Of a stretch of 64,000 bases of DNA, positions 58,580 through 64,000 are shown in pieces. Origin of the DNA: Nocardioides sp. (lineage in GTDB: Bacteria; Actinomycetota; Actinomycetes; Propionibacteriales; Nocardioidaceae); assembly GCA_035707985.1 (NCBI GenBank), contig DASSTL010000015.1, positions 26,798 to 90,797 of the forward strand, given 5' to 3'. Both the position numbers and the translations under genes were made by a program. Positions within the stretch are counted from its first letter, which is position 1. The number at the start of each line of letters is the position of its first letter. The notes below the pieces were generated by a model. It ran no database searches and was not told where the DNA came from. It worked only from the letters and a program-made list of their open reading frames with translations.

Positions 58580-59221
58580 GTGGCGACAGCTTCGACGACG
58601 ATCCCGGCTTCCCGGCTCCACGGACACCACGACCGCCCGAGCATGGTGGCCGTCGGGACGATCATCTGGCTGTCGAGCGAGCTGATGTTCTTCGCGGCGC
58701 TGTTCGCGTCGTACTTCACGATCCGCGCGGTGAGCCCGGAGCTCTGGGCGCAGAGCACCGAGAAGCTCGACGTGCCCTTCGCGTCGGTCAACACCACGAT
58801 CCTGGTGCTGTCGTCGCTCACCTGCCAGCTGGGCGTCTTCGCCGCCGAGCGCGGCCAGGTCGGACGCACCGGCTCGGTGTTCTACGTGAAGGGCTGGGGA
58901 CTGCGCGAGTGGTTCATCCTCACCTACATCATGGGCGCGGTGTTCGTGGCCGGTCAGGCCACGGAGTACACCTCGCTGATCGGTGAGGGCATCACGATCC
59001 CGGCGTCCGGCTACGGATCGATGTTCTACCTCACCACCGGTTTCCACGCGCTCCACGTGACCGGTGGGCTCGTCGCGTTCCTGTACGTGCTGGGTCGGAC
59101 GTTCATGGCACGTCGGTTCACCCACGAGCAGGCCGTCAGCGCGATCGTCGTGTCGTACTACTGGCACTTCGTCGACGTCGTCTGGATCGGCCTCTTCGCC
59201 ACCATCTACCTCATCCAGTGA
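58580..59221 (+). CDS. ctaE: Cytochrome c oxidase subunit III
   Basis: [30 protein letters not shown]. Confidence 0.95.
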   Translation: MATASTTIPASRLHGHHDRPSMVAVGTIIWLSSELMFFAALFASYFTIRAVSPELWAQSTEKLDVPFASVNTTILVLSSLTCQLGVFAAERGQVGRTGSVFYVKGWGLREWFILTYIMGAVFVAGQATEYTSLIGEGITIPASGYGSMFYLTTGFHALHVTGGLVAFLYVLGRTFMARRFTHEQAVSAIVVSYYWHFVDVVWIGLFATIYLIQ

Positions 59222-59248
59222 CCAACCCGTGACCGATAGGGACCGACT

Positions 59249-60115
59249 GTGCGATTCCTGAACCGTCCCCTCGGCCGCCTGTCCCGGTACCGCCGGGGTC
59301 CGGTGGCCGGGCTGCTCGTGGTCCTGATGGGGCTGCTGCTGACCGGAGGCCTGTACGCCGCGTTCTCGCCGGCCTCGGCTCACGAGGACGACTCGGCGGC
59401 CCAGATCAAGCAGGGCCGCGAGCTCTTCCTGGTCGGCTGCTCCTTCTGCCACGGCGACAACGGCCAGGGGATCAAGACGCGGGACGGCAAGCAGATCGGA
59501 CCGCCCCTGGCGGGCGTCGGCGCCGCGGCGGTCGACTTCCAGGTCGGCACCGGCCGCATGCCGGCCACCGGCGGTGGCCCGCAGGTCCCGCAGAAGAAGC
59601 CCGTGTACACGGCCGACGAGATCGCCGCGCTCGCGGCGTTCGTCGCCTCCCTGGGTCCCGGTCCGGCCATCCCGAACCCGTCCGACTACAGCCTCGACGG
59701 CATGACGGACGAGGAGCGCCAGGAGGCCGTGGTGCGCGGCGGGCTGATCTTCCGCACCAACTGCAGCGCCTGCCACAACTTCGAGGGCTCCGGCGGCGCG
59801 ATGCCGAACGGCGGCTACGCGCCGAAGATCCGCGGCGTCGAGCCGAGGTACATCTTCGAGGCGATGCTCACCGGGCCCCAGGCCATGGACAACTTCTCCA
59901 ACGGCAACCTGTCGGTCGACGAGAAGCGCGACATCATCGCCTACCTCCAGTCGCTCGAGGACAACCCCGACTACGGCGGCTTCGGGATGGGCGGCATCGG
60001 CCCGGTCAGCGAGGGCATGTTCGCCTGGATCGTCGGGATCGGCTCGCTGGTCGGCGTGGCCACCTGGATCGCGGCCCACACGGCGCGGTCGACCAAGCAG
60101 AAGGCGGAATCGTGA
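59249..60115 (+). CDS. qcrC: Cytochrome bc1 di-heme cytochrome c subunit
   Basis: Two CxxCH motifs (CSFCH, CSACH); TGRMP; GPVSEG. Confidence 0.95.
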   Translation: MRFLNRPLGRLSRYRRGPVAGLLVVLMGLLLTGGLYAAFSPASAHEDDSAAQIKQGRELFLVGCSFCHGDNGQGIKTRDGKQIGPPLAGVGAAAVDFQVGTGRMPATGGGPQVPQKKPVYTADEIAALAAFVASLGPGPAIPNPSDYSLDGMTDEERQEAVVRGGLIFRTNCSACHNFEGSGGAMPNGGYAPKIRGVEPRYIFEAMLTGPQAMDNFSNGNLSVDEKRDIIAYLQSLEDNPDYGGFGMGGIGPVSEGMFAWIVGIGSLVGVATWIAAHTARSTKQKAES

Positions 60116-61218
60116 ACGACAACCTCCCCGAGACCTCGCACGACGGTCACGCGCCGGTGACGACCGAGGAGCCGATTCCGAACCCCGGCCTGCCGCCCCA
60201 CCAGTGGCGGCCGACCGACGTCGACCCCAAGGCCGAGAAGCGTGCCGAGCGCCAGGTCGCGGGCCTGTTCGGGCTCGCGGTCCTCGGCTCCGTCCTCTTC
60301 GTCGTCAGCTACGTCGTGTTCAAGGTCGGCGACGACCCCGACACGATCGGCAACCTCGGTGCCAGCAACCTCGCGCTGGGCCTGTGCCTGGCGGTGACCC
60401 TGCTCGCGATGGGCATCGGGCTGATCCAGTGGGCACGCAAGCTGATGGGTGACCACGAGATCGTCGAGATGCGTCACCCGGCGCAGTCCTCCGACGAGGA
60501 CCGCGAGGCGGCCGTCGCGATCCTGCAGACGGGGCTCGAGGAGTCCGGTCTGGGCCGCCGTCCGCTGATCCGCAACTCGCTGCTGGCTGCCGGTGGGGTC
60601 CTCGGGATCCTGCCGATCGTCATGCTGCGCGACCTCGGCCCGCTCCCCGGCGACAAGCTCGAGCACACGATCTGGGACCTCGACACCTGGACGCCGGAGA
60701 TGCAGGCGTGGTGGAAGAGCCAGGGCCGCAGCCTCCAGCGCATCTACCGCGACGTCGTCGGCACGCCGATCAAGGTGACCGACCTCGAGGTGGGCGACCT
60801 GGTGAACGCCGAGCCCGAGGTGCTGTTCGCCGTCGACCCCGAGACTCGCCAGCCACTGGTGGAGGGCACCGACCTGCTGGTCGCCAAGTCGAAGGCCGCC
60901 GTGATCCTGCACCGGATGCTGCCGAGCGACATCGTGTCCGAGCAGACCCGCAACTGGTCGGTCGACGGCATCGTCTGCTACTCCAAGATCTGCACCCACG
61001 TGGGCTGCCCGATCTCCCTGAACGAGCGCACCACCCACCACCTGCTCTGCCCCTGCCACCAGTCGACCTTCGACCTCACCGACAGCGGGCGGGTCCTGTT
61101 CGGGCCGGCCGCCCGGGCGCTTCCCCAGCTCGAGCTGGGCGTGGACGACCAGGGATACTTGGTGGCCAAGCGTGACTTCAACGAGCCTGTCGGACCGAGT
61201 TTCTGGGAGCGAGGCTGA
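60112..61218 (+). CDS. qcrA: Rieske iron-sulfur subunit
   Basis: CTHVGC and CPCHQS; internal RRPLI Tat-like motif. Confidence 0.95.
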   Translation: MNDNLPETSHDGHAPVTTEEPIPNPGLPPHQWRPTDVDPKAEKRAERQVAGLFGLAVLGSVLFVVSYVVFKVGDDPDTIGNLGASNLALGLCLAVTLLAMGIGLIQWARKLMGDHEIVEMRHPAQSSDEDREAAVAILQTGLEESGLGRRPLIRNSLLAAGGVLGILPIVMLRDLGPLPGDKLEHTIWDLDTWTPEMQAWWKSQGRSLQRIYRDVVGTPIKVTDLEVGDLVNAEPEVLFAVDPETRQPLVEGTDLLVAKSKAAVILHRMLPSDIVSEQTRNWSVDGIVCYSKICTHVGCPISLNERTTHHLLCPCHQSTFDLTDSGRVLFGPAARALPQLELGVDDQGYLVAKRDFNEPVGPSFWERG

Positions 61219-61220
61219 CC

Positions 61221-62972
61221 ATGTCCCTGGACACCAGCAAGATCGCCGACACGAACCGCGGCCGGGCAGCCATCGCCAAGAAGCCGAACAAGGTGGGTGC
61301 GGTCGCCGGCTGGGCCGACGACCGGCTGAAGCTCGGCACGCTGACGAAGGTCTTCGCACGCAAGGTCTTCCCCGACCACTGGTCGTTCATGCTCGGCGAG
61401 ATCGCGCTGTGGTCGTTCGTCGTGCTGCTGCTGACCGGCACGTTCCTGACGCTGTGGTTCGTGCCGTCGATGTCGGAGTCGACGTACGAAGGCTCCTACG
61501 CGCAGCTGCGCGGCGTACCCATGTCCGACGCGTACGCCTCGACGTTGCACATCAGCTTCGACGTCCGGGGTGGACTGCTGATGCGGCAGATGCACCACTG
61601 GGCGGCGATGCTCTTCATCGCGGCGATGTTCGTGCACCTGATGCGGACGTTCCTCACCGGCGCCTTCCGCAAGCCGCGTGAGCTCAACTGGATCGTCGGC
61701 TCGCTCCTGCTGCTCCTGGGCATCCTGGAGGGCTTCGCGGGCTACTCGCTCCCCGACGACCTGCTGTCCGGCACCGGGCTGCGGATCGCGGACGGGTTGG
61801 TGAAGGCGACCCCGGTCGTCGGCACCTACATGTCGTTCTTCCTGTTCGGGGGCGAGTTCCCCGGCGACGTGATCATCCCGCGCCTCTACATCCTGCACGT
61901 GCTGCTGATCCCGGGGCTGATCCTCGCCCTGATCGGCCTGCACATGGTGCTGCTGGTCTTCCACAAGCACACCCAGTGGGCGGGCCCGGGCCGCACCGAG
62001 CAGAACGTCGTGGGCTACCCGATGCTCCCGGTGTACGCCGCCAAGGCCGGTGGATTCTTCTTCATGGTCTTCGGCGTGACCGCCCTGATGGGGGCCCTGC
62101 TGTCGATCAACCCGATCTGGAAGTACGGGCCCTACGACCCGTCGCAGGTCACCGCCGGGTCGCAGCCCGACTGGTACATGGGCATCGCCGAGGGTCTGTT
62201 GCGCATCATGCCCAACTGGGAGACCCATATCTGGGGGGTCACGATCTCCTGGAACGTGATGATCCCGGGTCAGATCGCTCCGTTCCTGTTGTTCGGCGCG
62301 GTCATCCTGTGGCCGTTCCTCGAGCAGTGGGTGACCGGCGACAAGCGTGAGCACCACCTGCTCCAGCGCCCCCGCAACGCCCCCACCCGGACGGCGTTCA
62401 TGGCCGCGATGGTCACGGTGTACGGCCTCCTGTGGGCCGCCGGTGGCAACGACATCCTCGCCACCCACTTCCACTGGAGCCTGAACTCCATCACGTACTT
62501 CATGCGCGCCGCGATCTTCATCATCCCGGCGATCGTGTTCTACGTGACCCGCCGTTGGTGCATCGGGCTGCAGCGTGCAGACAACGACCGGGTGCTCCAC
62601 GGCTACGAGACCGGCATCATCATGCGGTCCCCCGAGGGCGGCTACACGGAGCGGCACCTCCCGATCAACGAGGAGCGCGCCTACACGCTCACCGCACGCA
62701 CGCGGGACCAGATCCACGAGGTCGAGTCCGAGGTCGACGAGAACGGCGTCCGTGCCCCGGGCAGCCGGATCGAGCACGTCCGCGCCAAGCTCTCGAAGGG
62801 CATGTTCGCCGACAACGTGCAGAAGCCGACCGCCGAGGAGCTCGAGGAGGCCCGGCACCACGCCGAGCACGAGCATGAGCTCGAGGCCGGCCTCGACCAC
62901 CCCGCCGCGGGCCACGAGTTCGACGACCACAACCTCCGCGACGCCGGCGACGTCCCCCTCCGCCACTCCTGA
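61221..62972 (+). CDS. qcrB: Cytochrome b subunit
   Basis: FPDHWSFMLGE, RQMHHWAA, KPRELNW, QPDWY. Confidence 0.97.
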   Translation: MSLDTSKIADTNRGRAAIAKKPNKVGAVAGWADDRLKLGTLTKVFARKVFPDHWSFMLGEIALWSFVVLLLTGTFLTLWFVPSMSESTYEGSYAQLRGVPMSDAYASTLHISFDVRGGLLMRQMHHWAAMLFIAAMFVHLMRTFLTGAFRKPRELNWIVGSLLLLLGILEGFAGYSLPDDLLSGTGLRIADGLVKATPVVGTYMSFFLFGGEFPGDVIIPRLYILHVLLIPGLILALIGLHMVLLVFHKHTQWAGPGRTEQNVVGYPMLPVYAAKAGGFFFMVFGVTALMGALLSINPIWKYGPYDPSQVTAGSQPDWYMGIAEGLLRIMPNWETHIWGVTISWNVMIPGQIAPFLLFGAVILWPFLEQWVTGDKREHHLLQRPRNAPTRTAFMAAMVTVYGLLWAAGGNDILATHFHWSLNSITYFMRAAIFIIPAIVFYVTRRWCIGLQRADNDRVLHGYETGIIMRSPEGGYTERHLPINEERAYTLTARTRDQIHEVESEVDENGVRAPGSRIEHVRAKLSKGMFADNVQKPTAEELEEARHHAEHEHELEAGLDHPAAGHEFDDHNLRDAGDVPLRHS

Positions 62973-63984
62973 GTGACGCCGAGTCGGCGCAAATGTACAT
63001 CCGGAACGCGCCGAGTCGGCATATGACGACTCGGCGTCGGGCCGCATAGGTACGCCGCGCCTCGGGGATCTCGGCCATGAGGCGATCAGAGGCGCGCTTG
63101 CCGTCGCCCCGTACGTCGACGGCTTCGAAGATCCCGAACTGCCAGCCACCGAACCGCTCCAGCTCGTCACGACGGTCCTCGTCGTCCGCCAGCCGGTCGG
63201 GGCCGTGGAACTCCGCACCGTTGTACTCCGCCGCGTACAGCAGCCCGGGGACGGCGAGATCGAGACGAAACTCCCCGTGCGGTGTGGACACCTCCCACTG
63301 GGGCTCGAACGCCGGGAGGCCTGGAGTCTCGATCCAGATGATCGCAAGGAGGCACTCCCCCGGCGACTCGAACCTTGGGTCCAGCAGTGGGATCAGGTAG
63401 CGGAGCTGTCGGACCCAGCGATGACCACGGAAGCGGATATCAGCCTGCCGCCTGATGTCGTCCACGGTGAAGTCACAGACCTTCAGGAGCATGCACATCG
63501 CGGCAAACGCTTGCTTGCGCGGTAGCTTCATGCCGAGGTCGCAGATCGTGCGCAGCGTCGTGGTAACCCTGATCCCGCCCACCTCCGTGATCTCGGACGA
63601 GAACAACTCACGCTGGCCGCTCCGCACCACGCCGCGCCTGATCCGGCCGCCCGGAAGCAGGAACAGGTCGACGGGAGGCACCTCGAGGTGGGAGTTGGGG
63701 GCAAGCGCCATCGGCGCTCCGTGCAGCCAGGCCGCGGTGCGGTCAGTGACGACCGCATGCTCCGGCACGACCAGCCGGAGGCAGTCGAGCCGCAGGTCGA
63801 GGGTGTCGCGCAGCTGCGCGGCGTACATGACGCCATGGATCGGCGAGACCAGCAGCCCGGCGTCGAGCCAGGCACGTAGTCGGCGTCGGTCCACGCCGCC
63901 TGCCTTGGCCCAAGCAGACGTGAAGGGCCTATCGATCGGCACGGGGGCCGAGCTGTCGAGGAAAGGTGTCGTGAGAGTTCTCAT
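62689..63984 (-). CDS. AbiEi-like/DUF559 (Vsr-like PD-(D/E)XK) putative endonuclease; the C-terminal about 110 aa is probably read-through
   Basis: VVTDRTAAWLHG, RVTTTLRTICDL, FESPGE, FRLDLAVP...AEYNGAEFH...DEDRRDEL..GW; family-like sequence ends near 63020 inside the repeat. Confidence 0.8.
   Translation of the reverse strand: MRTLTTPFLDSSAPVPIDRPFTSAWAKAGGVDRRRLRAWLDAGLLVSPIHGVMYAAQLRDTLDLRLDCLRLVVPEHAVVTDRTAAWLHGAPMALAPNSHLEVPPVDLFLLPGGRIRRGVVRSGQRELFSSEITEVGGIRVTTTLRTICDLGMKLPRKQAFAAMCMLLKVCDFTVDDIRRQADIRFRGHRWVRQLRYLIPLLDPRFESPGECLLAIIWIETPGLPAFEPQWEVSTPHGEFRLDLAVPGLLYAAEYNGAEFHGPDRLADDEDRRDELERFGGWQFGIFEAVDVRGDGKRASDRLMAEIPEARRTYAARRRVVICRLGAFRMYICADSASLRSGGGGRRRRRGGCGRRTRGPRRGGRGRPRAHARARRGAGPPRAPRRSASARCRRTCPSRAWRGRARSGCPGHGRRSRRPRTRPRGSGPACVR
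62975..63038 (+). repeat. 64-bp palindromic REP/MITE-like repeat, copy 3
   Basis: Perfect 12-bp terminal IRs GACGCCGAGTCG...CGACTCGGCGTC with an internal third CGCCGAGTCG unit (63009-63018). Confidence 0.9.
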
Positions 63985-64000
63985 GAGCCCCGAGATGCCC

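Noticed and set aside
57086-62972. Novelty of the receiver/ctaG/ctaE-qcrCAB arrangement
   Set aside because: Standard actinobacterial bc1-aa3 supercomplex locus next to trpD

Overview
High-GC actinobacterial chromosome segment; gene content and repeat style suggest Nocardioides/Propionibacteriales (inference). The conserved backbone runs glyQS - znuACB/zur - uppS - recO - leuA - era - cdd-like - CNNM/tlyC - ybeY - phoH - HIT - rsmE - dnaJ - hrcA - trpD - ctaE/qcrCAB, with many accessory insertions. The main accessory block (about 0.8-13.4 kb) holds an omega-aminotransferase/MmsA/MocR module and a complete RMM/aminoacetone-utilisation-type bacterial microcompartment (BMC) operon. Divergent from that operon is a frameshifted, internally deleted relic resembling a diol-dehydratase reactivase (pduG/ddrA). 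The BMC block is bracketed by two inverted copies of a 64-bp palindromic repeat. A third copy is embedded in the 3' end of an AbiEi/DUF559-type putative nuclease gene at the right edge. Also visible: tandem Zur boxes, a CIRCE element, a leuA leader peptide, a polyamine ABC transporter, a tmsAB-like 10-methylstearate pair, and a GNAT::AraC deletion-fusion pseudogene. I found no rRNA, tRNA, CRISPR array or transposase. All family calls come from motif recognition by eye, not database searches.
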